A stretch of 64,000 bases of DNA from Chthoniobacterales bacterium (GTDB lineage Bacteria; Verrucomicrobiota; Verrucomicrobiia; Chthoniobacterales; UBA10450): positions 70,489 to 134,488 of the forward strand of contig DASXEB010000016.1 of NCBI GenBank assembly GCA_036490335.1, read 5' to 3'. Positions 19,069 to 29,001 of this stretch are shown piece by piece; position 1 is the first letter of the stretch; every line of letters starts with the position of its first letter. The position numbers and the translations under genes are program-made. The notes under the pieces were generated by a model, which saw nothing but the letters and a program-made list of their open reading frames with translations, was not told the DNA's origin and ran no database searches.

Positions 19069-20469
19069 TTAGGCCGACTTGTGCACCGCGTCCTGCTTGC
19101 GCGGATCAGTCAACTCGATGATGACGCTGACTGATTTTTGGTTGAAACCCTTGAAGCCGCCTTTGCGTTGCAGGTTTTCAAGGTGACTTCCGATCGCCCC
19201 TTCGCGGGCGAATTTCTGCGCCTGCTCCTCGGTCAGGAGTCCTCTGGAAGTCAGCCGGGTGATCCGCTCTGGCCGCACGGCCCAGCGCTCGCCCTGGGTG
19301 AAAGCCTGCTTGAGGAAAGGAAAATCGGAAAACGGCGCCATCGTCTTGATGTGGGCCGCGGCGAGCTGCTCGCGCAGGAGCTGGTAATCAAAACGGCACT
19401 CCAGGTGATGCATCCCCGCATCGAGAAAACTCTCGCCATGCAGTCCAACCCAAAGCCCCACCGTGCGCAGTATTTTCTCCTCCGGCGAGAGCGGTTCTCT
19501 CGAGAAATCGATCCCCGTCTCGTCGGAGAAAAGATCGACGTCGTTGAAGATCGTGATCCCTTCGATCGGTTGCTCGACAATCTGCGCGCCCCAGCCCGCC
19601 TGCGCCCCGGCGTAGTAACGCTCACGCCGATGGAAGCCGAGCATGTCCCAGGCTTTCATAAGATCGACGAAATGTTTTCGCGACGAACGAAAGGTGTGGT
19701 GATCGTGATTCGCCCAGCCCAAACCTAACGAGTCTTGCCGGCGCTTCTGCTCGATCGCGGCGCGATTGCGCTTCTGCCAGAAAGCGCGCTCTTCTTCAAA
19801 GACGAGATGACAGGCGAGATCGCGGCCGACGAGATCGATCACATCCTGCAACCGCTCGAGTGAGTAAGCGTAACCCTTCACATCGCGGTCCCAGCGGCGG
19901 CGGCGCGTCTGCCAAATCTCGCGCGCGGCGAGGAATTTCTTCAGGTCGACCGGTTGCGAGATATAACCGCGATAGCCGCGGCGCTCGATCGCGTAAAAAG
20001 CCGCGTCGTTCTCCTCAAACGCGAGCAGCTTCCGAAACCGCGAGTAAGGCTCGCCCTCGATCTCGTTCGTGATCCCATGGAGCGCGGCAAATTCCGCGAC
20101 AAACTCCGGCCGGATCGCGAGCGCGCTCGGATGTTTCGCTGCTTTCGCGCCGAGCAACACCCGCGGCAGCATCGCCTCGGGATGCCAGAGCGCCGTCAGC
20201 CCACGGTTGTTTTCGCCTAACGGATCTTCCGTGAAACCCACTTCGCGAAAAGCCGCTTCGTCGTCCGGCGAGACCACGACGTGATCGACCCAATCGAGAA
20301 AGAGCGTGCCCGTCTCGGCGCGCATCCGTTCCGAGAGAATCCGCGCGAAACTATTCTGCTCGAGAAACGCGTCGATGCGCGCGAGCAGAAGATTTTCCGC
20401 CTCATAACAAAGCGGCCAGTTAAATTGATTCTCCGCCTCTTTCGGCGCTTCGAGAGTCGTCGTGCTCAT
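19069..20469 (-). CDS. Conserved hypothetical protein; possibly a divergent DUF1338/HglS-like (VOC-fold) metalloenzyme
   Basis: 466 aa from ATG 20469 (TTG 20475 in the track). DHVVV, NHDHHTFR and GAQIVEQ loosely recall the His/His/Glu metal-site motifs of DUF1338 (DHxAxR, HINHLTPR, GEIEQR). Sits in an operon with lat and the ALDH7-type gene. The function call is tentative. Confidence 0.4.
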   Translation of the reverse strand: MSTTTLEAPKEAENQFNWPLCYEAENLLLARIDAFLEQNSFARILSERMRAETGTLFLDWVDHVVVSPDDEAAFREVGFTEDPLGENNRGLTALWHPEAMLPRVLLGAKAAKHPSALAIRPEFVAEFAALHGITNEIEGEPYSRFRKLLAFEENDAAFYAIERRGYRGYISQPVDLKKFLAAREIWQTRRRRWDRDVKGYAYSLERLQDVIDLVGRDLACHLVFEEERAFWQKRNRAAIEQKRRQDSLGLGWANHDHHTFRSSRKHFVDLMKAWDMLGFHRRERYYAGAQAGWGAQIVEQPIEGITIFNDVDLFSDETGIDFSREPLSPEEKILRTVGLWVGLHGESFLDAGMHHLECRFDYQLLREQLAAAHIKTMAPFSDFPFLKQAFTQGERWAVRPERITRLTSRGLLTEEQAQKFAREGAIGSHLENLQRKGGFKGFNQKSVSVIIELTDPRKQDAVHKSA

Positions 20470-20518
20470 GGGCAAAAGTTAGTCGAGACTGGCCGGTCGT
20501 CATCCGCATCGCGGATCG

Positions 20519-22066
20519 TTAGGCCGTCGAGCTGCCTTCGTCGACGCTGCCAAACTGAATCCCCTGCGCAAGCGGCAGCTCGGTGGAAAAATTGATCGTG
20601 TTCGTCTGCCGCCGCATGTAGCTCTTCCACGAATCGCTCCCGCTTTCGCGGCCGCCGCCGGTGTTTTTTTCGCCGCCGAATGCGCCGCCAATTTCCGCGC
20701 CGCTCGTCCCGGCGTTCACATTTGCGATCCCGCAATCGCTCCCGACTGCGCTGACAAATTTCTCCGCCTCGCGCATGTCGTTGGTGAAAATCGACGAGCT
20801 CAGACCTTGCGAAACGTTGTTATGCATCGCGAGCGCTTCGTCGAAATCGCGATAGGTCATGAGATAAAGCAACGGACCGAAAGTCTCGTGCTGCACAATT
20901 TTGAAATCCGCGCGCGCGCGCGCAAGGCACGGTCTCATATAACAACCGCCGGAAAACTTTTCGCCGTCAAGCTTCTCGCCGCCGTAAAGAATTTCGCCAC
21001 CTTCTTCTTTCAGCCTAACGATGGAATTTTCGACGTTATCCACCGCGCACGGATCGATCAGCGGACCCATCAACGTTTCGCGCTCGAGCGGATTTCCGAT
21101 CCGCACATTTCTGTAGAGACGGCCTAACGAATCCTCGATTTCCTCCGCGACCGACTCGTGCATGATCACGCGTCGCGTCGAGGTGCAGCGCTGTCCCGCC
21201 GTCCCAACTGCGCCGAAAAAAATCGCACTCGTCGCCATTTTCAAATCGGCGGTCGGCGTGACGAGGAGCGCGTTGTTACCACCGAGCTCCATGATCGTGC
21301 GACCGAGCCGGCCATGCACCGTTTTCGCGACATTGAAACCCATGCGCGTCGATCCAGTCGCGGAAACAAGCGGAACGCGCGAGTCCGCGGCAAGCCGTTG
21401 GCCTAACGATGGTCCGTCGCCGATGATCAAACCGAAAATTGCCGGATCCGCTCCGGTCTCGCGACAGACGCGCGCGGCGATTTTCGTCACCGCGATCGCG
21501 GTCAGCGGCGTTTTTTCGGAAGGCTTCCAAACCGTCGCGTCACCGCAGACGGCCGCGAGCGCCGCGTTCCACGACCAGACCGCGACCGGAAAATTAAAGG
21601 CAGAAATGACGCCGACGATGCCTAACGGATGCCACTGTTCCATCAGCCGATGATTCGGGCGCTCCGACTGAATTGTTAGGCCGTAAAGCATCCGCGATTG
21701 GCCGACGGCGAAGTCGCAAATGTCGATCATCTCCTGCACTTCGCCTTCGCCCTCGGCGATGATTTTGCCGGCTTCGAGCGAGACGAGCATGCCGAGTTCG
21801 CGTTTGTTTTCGCGCAATGCGTTGCCGAGTTGCCTAACGGTTTCGCCGCGCACCGGCGCGGGCACGGTGCGCCATTTTAGAAACGCTTCCTGCGCCCTAA
21901 CGATGACTTTTTCGTAGTCGTCAGGCGACGCGGTGCGGACTTTGCCTAACGACTTACCGTCAATCGGCGAAAATTTCTCGATCGTCGCGTCGCCGCCCGC
22001 CCACTCGCCGGAAAAGGCGCCATCGTTCGTCTCGGCGAGGCCGAGTTTCTGCAAAAGGTTGGTCAT
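20519..22066 (-). CDS. amaB: ALDH7-type aldehyde dehydrogenase (alpha-aminoadipic semialdehyde / piperideine-6-carboxylate dehydrogenase)
   Basis: PAPVRGETVRQLGNALRENKRELGMLVSLEAGKIIAEGEGEVQEMIDICDFAVGQSRMLYG closely parallels the ALDH7A1/antiquitin segment. 515 aa. Confidence 0.8.
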   Translation of the reverse strand: MTNLLQKLGLAETNDGAFSGEWAGGDATIEKFSPIDGKSLGKVRTASPDDYEKVIVRAQEAFLKWRTVPAPVRGETVRQLGNALRENKRELGMLVSLEAGKIIAEGEGEVQEMIDICDFAVGQSRMLYGLTIQSERPNHRLMEQWHPLGIVGVISAFNFPVAVWSWNAALAAVCGDATVWKPSEKTPLTAIAVTKIAARVCRETGADPAIFGLIIGDGPSLGQRLAADSRVPLVSATGSTRMGFNVAKTVHGRLGRTIMELGGNNALLVTPTADLKMATSAIFFGAVGTAGQRCTSTRRVIMHESVAEEIEDSLGRLYRNVRIGNPLERETLMGPLIDPCAVDNVENSIVRLKEEGGEILYGGEKLDGEKFSGGCYMRPCLARARADFKIVQHETFGPLLYLMTYRDFDEALAMHNNVSQGLSSSIFTNDMREAEKFVSAVGSDCGIANVNAGTSGAEIGGAFGGEKNTGGGRESGSDSWKSYMRRQTNTINFSTELPLAQGIQFGSVDEGSSTA

Positions 22067-22070
22067 GCGC

Positions 22071-23459
22071 CTAACGAACGCGCATCTGCTCGCATTGCTC
22101 GCGCAGCAGATCGGTCGCCTCGTCCACGACTTCCTTCGAAATGTCGAGCGCGGGACGAAAACGAATCGAGCGTTCGCCGGAACGCAGAGTGAAAACGCCG
22201 CGACTGAACGCGCCTTTCCAGAATTCTTCGCGCGTCGCCGCGTCCGGCAAATCGAAGGCGAGGAAGAGACCGCGACCGCGCACGGCCGTGATCATCGGCT
22301 CATCATTTTGCAGTTCGAGCAGCCGCTCGAGAAAATGCGCGCCGACGACGCGCGCGTTCTCGACCAGGTTTTCCTGCTCGATGATTTCGAGGAAGTGCGT
22401 CGAGCGCACCATGTCGGTAAAATTCGCGCCCCAGGTTGAATTGATCCGACTCGTTAGGCGAAAAACATTCTCCTTCACTTCGTCGAGTCGCGGTCCGGCC
22501 ATGACGCCGCAGACCTGCGCTTTTTTTCCGAACGACATCAGATCGGGCAGGACGTCGAAATGCTGGCAGCACCAGTTTCTCCCCGTCGCGCACATGCCGG
22601 TTTGCACTTCGTCGAAAATGAGGAGCATTTCGTTTTCGTCGCAGATGCGGCGGAGTGTTTGCAGCCATTCGCCGCGGAAATGATTGTCGCCGCCTTCGCC
22701 CTGGATCGGCTCGATCAGGATCGCGGCGATGTCGTGACCGCGTTCCCTAACGAACTCCATGATTTCCGCTTCGCATTTTTGCTCGCGCGCGACGACCCCG
22801 TCTTCACGCTCTTTTTTGCCTAACGAAAAGTCGATGCTCGGCGTGGAGACGCGCGGCCAGTCGAACTTGGCGAACAAATCGGTCTTGCGCGGATCGGTGT
22901 TCGTCAGGCTCATGGTGTAGCCGCTGCGCCCGTGGAAGGCATGGCGGAAATGGAGAACCTGCGTGCCGCGTTCGCCGCGGCCGGCCGCGAGATTTTTGCG
23001 CACCTTCCAATCCATCGCGGCCTTGAGCGTGTTCTCCACCGCGAGCGCGCCGCCATCGATAAAAAGCATCCGTTCGAGCGGCGGAAGGCCGACGACGCGC
23101 CAAAACGTTTCGACAAAACGCGCGTAACCTTCCGAGTAAACGTCGGAGTTCGCGATTTTGATTTTGGCCGCGCGGAGCAGATCCGCTTTCACCTCCGGCC
23201 GTTCGAAATGCGGATGATTAAACCCGACCGGATTCGAGCCGAAAAATCCGTAGAGATCGATCAGGCGCTGATCGTGCGCGGCATCGTAAAGATAGGAGCC
23301 TTTGCTTTTTTCGAGATCGATCACGATCCGAAAACCGTCGAGCAACACGTGCTCGGCGATCGTGTCGAGGACGCGAGATTTCGTTTCGGTTTTTGGTTTC
23401 TTGCTCGAACTGACGCGAGTCGCAGGTCGCGCGGCAGTGAGCGTGGAAGACGCGCTCAT
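22071..23459 (-). CDS. lat: L-lysine 6-transaminase (lysine epsilon-aminotransferase)
   Basis: HVLLDGFRIVIDLEKSKGSYLYDAAHDQRLIDLYGFFGSNPVGFNHP parallels the Lat N-terminal region. Class-III aminotransferase core with FDEVQTGMCATG. The stop lies 4 nt before the ALDH start. Confidence 0.75.
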   Translation of the reverse strand: MSASSTLTAARPATRVSSSKKPKTETKSRVLDTIAEHVLLDGFRIVIDLEKSKGSYLYDAAHDQRLIDLYGFFGSNPVGFNHPHFERPEVKADLLRAAKIKIANSDVYSEGYARFVETFWRVVGLPPLERMLFIDGGALAVENTLKAAMDWKVRKNLAAGRGERGTQVLHFRHAFHGRSGYTMSLTNTDPRKTDLFAKFDWPRVSTPSIDFSLGKKEREDGVVAREQKCEAEIMEFVRERGHDIAAILIEPIQGEGGDNHFRGEWLQTLRRICDENEMLLIFDEVQTGMCATGRNWCCQHFDVLPDLMSFGKKAQVCGVMAGPRLDEVKENVFRLTSRINSTWGANFTDMVRSTHFLEIIEQENLVENARVVGAHFLERLLELQNDEPMITAVRGRGLFLAFDLPDAATREEFWKGAFSRGVFTLRSGERSIRFRPALDISKEVVDEATDLLREQCEQMRVR

Positions 23460-23520
23460 CTGCCCAGAGTAGCCGCCGGGCGCGATTTGGTCAATCGGTC
23501 GTCGTTAGGCGCGGCGGCGG

Positions 23521-25443
23521 CTAGACAATGCCTTCGCGCAGTTGCGAATGTTTTCCCGCGAGCAATTCCTGCGTGAGATCGTAGCCGGCGCGATCGGCGT
23601 TTTCGGAAACGCCGGCGAGATGATTGTTGATCCGCATCTTCGCCGAGCGACAAAAGTAAGTCGTTAGGCTGAGAATCTCCGCCGCCGGTTCGCCGCTGTC
23701 GATTTTGTGCTGCGCGAATGAACAGGTCGCGCTCATTGCGAAAAGCTCGGTTGCGATTCCAACGAAACGCGAGAGCAACAACTGCTCGCGATCGAGCTTC
23801 GGGCCGAAGCGGGTCATGGCGTGGAATAATCCGCGAGCCAGTTTTTTGCTCGCGCCCGCCGCGTAACGCACATGCGGCCGCAGATCGGCGTGCAATTTTT
23901 CGAGGTCGCCGGTGGTCGCGAGCGCCCACTGTTTCGGATACCAGCTCGCGTAAAATTTGCCCGAATTCACGGCCGCTTTCGCGCGATCCGCCATCGGCAA
24001 CTGCGTGTTGAAAATCGCGCCGCCGACTTTGAGATGCGGGTCGAGCGCCTCGCGCGCGATGAAGAGGCGCATGATCTCGCTCGAGCCTTCGAAGATCATG
24101 TTGATGCGGCAATCGCGCAGGAATCGCTCGACCGGAATGCCCGGCTCTCCACGGCCTTCGAGCGACGCGGCCGTTTCGTAACCGCGCCCGCCGCGCACCT
24201 GCATCGCTTCATCGGCGATGCGCCAGGTCGCTTCTGTCGCCCACATTTTGCACATCGCCGTCTCGATGCGCAGATCGCCGGCCTTGCGATCGACGAGCGC
24301 ACTGGTCAAAAACGTGATCGCTTCCATCGCAAAAACATTTCCCGCCATCTCGGCGATCTTGCCCGCGATCGCGTAATGCTGCCCGATCGGCACGCCCCAT
24401 TGCACGCGTTCGCCCGCCCATTTGCGGCAGATTTCGAGGAGGCGCTTCGACAAACCGACGCACGCGGCCGGGATCGTTAGGCGACCGGTGTTCAGAGTCG
24501 TTAGGGCAACTTTCAAACCCTGGCCTTCCTTCGCGATCATGTTCTCGCGCGGCACGCGCACATTCGTGAATTTCACGATCCCGTTGTAAAGCGCGCGCAG
24601 TCCCATGAAATGGCAGCGATACGTGATCTCGAGCCCGGGCGTGTCGACCTCGACGACGAAGGCGGTGATTTGTTTGCGCTCTTTGCCGTTGACGATTTTC
24701 GGCCGCGTTTTCGCCATCACGACGAGCACGCCGGCTTTGATTAGATTGGTGCACCAAAGTTTTTCGCCGTTCATGATGAAGGCGGAGCCGTCTTCGGTCG
24801 GCTTCGCTTCCAGGCTCATGTTTGCCGGATCGGAGCCGGCGTTCCATTCCGTCAATGCGAACGCGGAAATTTCGTGGCGCGCGACGCGCGGGAGATATTT
24901 CGTCTTTTGTTCATCAGTTCCGAACAACAGAAGTGGTTGCGGCACGCCGATCGATTGATGCGCGGAAACGAGCGCAGTCAGGTTCGCGTCCCAACTGCCG
25001 AGCAACATCGCGGCGCGTCCGTAATTCACCTGCGACAATCCAAGCCCGCCGTACTGCGTCGGGATTTTCACCCCAAACGCGCCCATCGCGAAAAGGTCTT
25101 CGATGTTCTTGCGCGGGATTTCGCCGCTGCGATCGATCTCGTCGGCATCGACATTTTTCTCCAGATACTCGCGCAGCTCTTTCAGAAAGGGATCGCCTTT
25201 CGCGCGGTCTTCGTCGCTCTGCGCCGGATAGGGAAAAATGCGATCGAAGTTGAATTTCCCGATGAAAAGATTGCTCGCGAAACTGCCGCGCTCGTCGAGC
25301 GGATCGCGCGAACTTTCCGCGAGCTCGAGCGCGGCAGCTTTGCCGGCGGACATCTTCGACGTGTCGATGACGGACTGCGCGGCCGGTTTCGCGCTCGTCT
25401 CTTCGGCAATTTGTTTTTCAGGTGCTTCGAGCGGTGACTTCAT
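23521..25443 (-). CDS. Long (about 640 aa) acyl-CoA dehydrogenase
   Basis: Acyl-CoA dehydrogenase core: FALTEWNAGSDPANM, RGGRGYETA, IFEGSSEIMRLFIAREAL, plus a C-terminal extension. Start chosen at ATG 25443 (a 26-nt overlap with the upstream gene). ATG 25353 is the alternative. Confidence 0.75.
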   Translation of the reverse strand: MKSPLEAPEKQIAEETSAKPAAQSVIDTSKMSAGKAAALELAESSRDPLDERGSFASNLFIGKFNFDRIFPYPAQSDEDRAKGDPFLKELREYLEKNVDADEIDRSGEIPRKNIEDLFAMGAFGVKIPTQYGGLGLSQVNYGRAAMLLGSWDANLTALVSAHQSIGVPQPLLLFGTDEQKTKYLPRVARHEISAFALTEWNAGSDPANMSLEAKPTEDGSAFIMNGEKLWCTNLIKAGVLVVMAKTRPKIVNGKERKQITAFVVEVDTPGLEITYRCHFMGLRALYNGIVKFTNVRVPRENMIAKEGQGLKVALTTLNTGRLTIPAACVGLSKRLLEICRKWAGERVQWGVPIGQHYAIAGKIAEMAGNVFAMEAITFLTSALVDRKAGDLRIETAMCKMWATEATWRIADEAMQVRGGRGYETAASLEGRGEPGIPVERFLRDCRINMIFEGSSEIMRLFIAREALDPHLKVGGAIFNTQLPMADRAKAAVNSGKFYASWYPKQWALATTGDLEKLHADLRPHVRYAAGASKKLARGLFHAMTRFGPKLDREQLLLSRFVGIATELFAMSATCSFAQHKIDSGEPAAEILSLTTYFCRSAKMRINNHLAGVSENADRAGYDLTQELLAGKHSQLREGIV

Positions 25444-27493
25444 AAAATGACGTGCCCTTTTTCGCGTGCTCGCGGAGCAGAGCGCACGGCTTGAACTTCT
25501 CGTTTTCTTCGGCCAGCCGATCCATCTCTTCAACCAATTTCGTTAGGCCAAAATGATCCGCAAACCGGAGCGGCCCGCCGCGCAAAGGCGCGAAACCGGT
25601 CCCGAGAATCATCCCGTAATCGGCGTCCTCCGGCGCGGCGATGACGTTTTCTTCGAGGCAACGCACCGCTTCGTTGACCATGAGAAAAACGAGACGATGC
25701 GCGAGCTCTTCGCCGCTTTTCGTTAGGCCGGTTGCAGTTTTTTTCGAGCGCCACGATTCGATCGATTCGTTAGGCGTTTGCGTCTTGCCTTCGTATTTGT
25801 AAAAACCGCTGCCGGTTTTGCGGCCGAGCATTTTCGCTTCGCGCATCTTCAGCAGAATCGTCGGCGTGCGCGCGCGTGCGCCTAACGATTTTTCGAGCGT
25901 GGCCGCGATGTCGTTCGTAATGTCGACGCCAATTTCATCGATCAAACGCAGCGGGCCCATTGGCATTCCCCAATTCACGAGCGCCTCGTCGATCTGTTTC
26001 CCGTCGACGCCGTTTTCAAACATCTCCGCGGCGTCGAGCAAATATGGAAACAGGACGCGATTGACGAGAAAGCCCGGCTCGTCCCGGACAACAACCGGCA
26101 GCTTCCCGATCTGCCGCGCGAAAGCGAGCGCGCGTTCTTTTGTGTCGTCGGAGGTTTGTTCGCCAATCACGACCTCGATCAATTTCATTCGGCTGACCGG
26201 ATTGAAAAAATGCAGTCCAATGACGCGCTGCGGGTGTTTCGTTTCCGCGGCGAGTGCGCTAATTGAAAGCGCGGACGTGTTCGTGGCGAGAATGTCGGTG
26301 TCGTCGATTTTCGTGTCGAGGTCGCGGAAAATTTCCTTTTTGATTTCCATTTTTTCCGAGGCGGCTTCGATCACGATTTGCACGTCGCGCATCGGGCCGG
26401 GATTGGCCGAGCAAACGATGCGCGCGCGGCCTTCCTTCGCTTTTTCCTCGGAGATCAAGCCGCGCTTGACCGCGTCGCCGTAAATTTTTTCGACATTCGC
26501 GAGACCTTTGCCGAGCACCTCGCTGCTCACGTCCCGCAAAATTACCGAGACGCCGCGCGCGCTCAGCCATTGCGCGATGCCGGAGCCCATCACGCCCGCG
26601 CCGATGACCGCGGCGTGCGCCATCTTTTCGTTAGGCGCTTTTGCGCCTCCTTTTTTGAATTTTTCGGCGAGGAAAAAATTGCGAATCAGGTTGCGGGTCG
26701 ATTCCGTTTCGCCGAGCGCGACGATCGCGTCGAGTTCGCGGCCTAACGAATCGTCGATCGAACTCGTCAGGCTGCGGTTGATAATCTCCGCGGCCCGCGC
26801 CGGCGCGGGATTTTGGCTGCGCGGCGCTTCGATCGGTTTTTCGAGAGAGCGCGCTTCGATTTTGCGTTTGCCTAACGATATTTTTTGTCGCGCGGCCTCG
26901 AGCAGCTTTTCGTTAGGCACAACTTCATCGACAAGGTCGAGATTCAAAGCTTCCTGCGCGGGATAAAGTTTGCCTTTGAGAATCACTTCGCCGGCAATTT
27001 TCGCGCCGAGCAAACGCGGCAGCCGCGTCGCGCCGCCCCACGCGGGCACGAGACCAAGCGTCGTCTCGGGCAAACCTATCCGCGTCGCGGGCGCGTCGGA
27101 CGCGACGCGATAATCGCAGGCGAGCGCAATTTCGTAGCCGCCGCCCGCGCACGCGCCGTGGATCGCGGCGACGGTCGGAATCGTTAGGCCGGCGAGGCGA
27201 TTGAAAATGCGCTGGCCTTCCGCGATGAACGCGCGCAGCTCGCCGTTCTGCGCCTGACGCAACAAAGTTTGCAGATCGGCGCCGGCGATGAAGATCGATT
27301 TCTTCGCGGACGCGACGATGAAGCCCTTAAGCGCGGAGTCTTTTTCAATCGCGGCGAGGTGCGCATCGAGCTCACGCAGCGCGTCGGCGTCGAAAATATT
27401 CGCGCCGGAATTCGGCCGGTCGAAGGTGAGAATGCAAAGGCCGTTGTCGTCCGTTTCGCGCCGGATCAAAGGCGCCGCGGCTGGTGAAGTCAT
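25418..27493 (-). CDS. Fused enoyl-CoA hydratase / 3-hydroxyacyl-CoA dehydrogenase (FadB/FadJ-like)
   Basis: N-terminal crotonase fold (FIAGADL...AAIHGACAGGGYEIALACD). Central Rossmann motif AVIGAGVMGSGIAQ. 691 aa. Confidence 0.85.
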   Translation of the reverse strand: MTSPAAAPLIRRETDDNGLCILTFDRPNSGANIFDADALRELDAHLAAIEKDSALKGFIVASAKKSIFIAGADLQTLLRQAQNGELRAFIAEGQRIFNRLAGLTIPTVAAIHGACAGGGYEIALACDYRVASDAPATRIGLPETTLGLVPAWGGATRLPRLLGAKIAGEVILKGKLYPAQEALNLDLVDEVVPNEKLLEAARQKISLGKRKIEARSLEKPIEAPRSQNPAPARAAEIINRSLTSSIDDSLGRELDAIVALGETESTRNLIRNFFLAEKFKKGGAKAPNEKMAHAAVIGAGVMGSGIAQWLSARGVSVILRDVSSEVLGKGLANVEKIYGDAVKRGLISEEKAKEGRARIVCSANPGPMRDVQIVIEAASEKMEIKKEIFRDLDTKIDDTDILATNTSALSISALAAETKHPQRVIGLHFFNPVSRMKLIEVVIGEQTSDDTKERALAFARQIGKLPVVVRDEPGFLVNRVLFPYLLDAAEMFENGVDGKQIDEALVNWGMPMGPLRLIDEIGVDITNDIAATLEKSLGARARTPTILLKMREAKMLGRKTGSGFYKYEGKTQTPNESIESWRSKKTATGLTKSGEELAHRLVFLMVNEAVRCLEENVIAAPEDADYGMILGTGFAPLRGGPLRFADHFGLTKLVEEMDRLAEENEKFKPCALLREHAKKGTSFYEVTARST

Positions 27494-27596
27494 CTGTTTT
27501 AACTAGACCGCTTTCCCGAAAAATCCAAGCCATTGCGTCCCGCGAGGGGCGATGTTACAAGCACGGGGTCTTCCGCGGTCGCGTCTTTGCCTAACA

Positions 27597-28997
27597 ATGG
27601 TCGGCAGGATTTTACAACCGGAAATCAAGAGCCTGATCGACGCGCGCAACTTCACCGCGCTGCGCGAACTTTTTCGCGAAATGCCGCGCGCGGACGTCGC
27701 GGAAATCATCCTCGATGTGGCGGAAGACGAGCGGGTGATTATTTTCCGGCTGCTCCCGACGGCGCTGGCGGCGGACGTTTTCGAATATCTCGACGTCGAG
27801 TCGCAACAGCAGCTCCTGCACGGGATGGCGCACGAGCAGGTGGTCGCGATTTTGAACGAGATGTCGCCGGACGATCGCACGGCGCTGCTCGAGGAAATGC
27901 CGAGCGCGGCGGCGCGGCAACTGATTCAATTGCTCACGCCGGAGGAACGCAAGATCGCGCAGGCGCTGCTCGGTTATCCGGAGGGAAGTGTCGGCCGTTT
28001 GATGACGCCGGATTTCATCGCGGTAAACGAGGACTGGACGGTGCAGCAGGTGCTCGATTACGTGCGCGAACACGGGCAGGACCGCGAGACGCTGAACTTC
28101 ATTTACGTCGTCGATGACAAGGGAAAACTGATCGACGACTTGCGCATGCGGGAGTTTTTGCTCCGGCCCCTGACGACGCACGTGCGCGACATCATGGACC
28201 GCAGTTTTGTCCATCTGACCTGCCACGAAAAACAGGAGGACGCGCTCAATATTTTTCGCAAATACGATCGCGCGGCGCTGCCGGTGGTCGATTCCGCGGG
28301 CGTGCTCGTCGGCATCGTGACGGTCGACGACATGCTCGACGTCGCCGAGGCGGAAGCGACCGAGGACATCCAAAAACTCGGCGGCATGGAGGCGCTCGAC
28401 GAGCCGTACAACACGATCCCGATGCATCGGATGATCAAAAAGCGCGCGGGCTGGCTGATCCTTTTGTTCCTCTCGGAAATGTTCACTTCCAATGCGATGG
28501 CGCACTTCGAGGACGAGATCGCGAAGGCGGTCGTGCTCGCTCTTTTTGTGCCGCTGATGATTTCGAGCGGCGGCAATTCCGGCTCGCAGGCGACCACGCT
28601 TGTCATCCGCGCGATGGCGCTCGGCGAAGTGCGGCTGCGCGATTGGTGGCGGGTGGCGGGAAAAGAAATTACCGCCGGCGCGTTGCTCGGCGCGATTTTG
28701 GGCGTGGTTGGATTTTTCCGAATCCTGCTCTGGCAGGAACTTTCAGGCGTGTTTCCGCACAGCTTTTTCCAGCACTACCAAAATCCTTACTTGTTAGGCA
28801 GCACAATCTTCTTCGCGCTTTTCGGCATCGTGACCTGGGGAACGCTGATTGGCTCGATGCTGCCGTTCATTCTTCGGCGGCTCGGACTTGATCCGGCGAC
28901 TTCGTCGGCGCCCTTCGTCGCAACGCTCGTCGACGTGACTGGGATCTTTATTTATTTCAGCGTCGCCGCGGTTTTGTTGCGCGGCGCGATGTTGTGA
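27597..28997 (+). CDS. mgtE: Magnesium transporter MgtE
   Basis: N-domain, then tandem CBS region, then TM domain with PLMISSGGNSGSQATTLVIRA and PFVATLVDVTGIFIYF. Confidence 0.9.
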   Translation: MVGRILQPEIKSLIDARNFTALRELFREMPRADVAEIILDVAEDERVIIFRLLPTALAADVFEYLDVESQQQLLHGMAHEQVVAILNEMSPDDRTALLEEMPSAAARQLIQLLTPEERKIAQALLGYPEGSVGRLMTPDFIAVNEDWTVQQVLDYVREHGQDRETLNFIYVVDDKGKLIDDLRMREFLLRPLTTHVRDIMDRSFVHLTCHEKQEDALNIFRKYDRAALPVVDSAGVLVGIVTVDDMLDVAEAEATEDIQKLGGMEALDEPYNTIPMHRMIKKRAGWLILLFLSEMFTSNAMAHFEDEIAKAVVLALFVPLMISSGGNSGSQATTLVIRAMALGEVRLRDWWRVAGKEITAGALLGAILGVVGFFRILLWQELSGVFPHSFFQHYQNPYLLGSTIFFALFGIVTWGTLIGSMLPFILRRLGLDPATSSAPFVATLVDVTGIFIYFSVAAVLLRGAML

Positions 28998-29001
28998 CTC
29001 G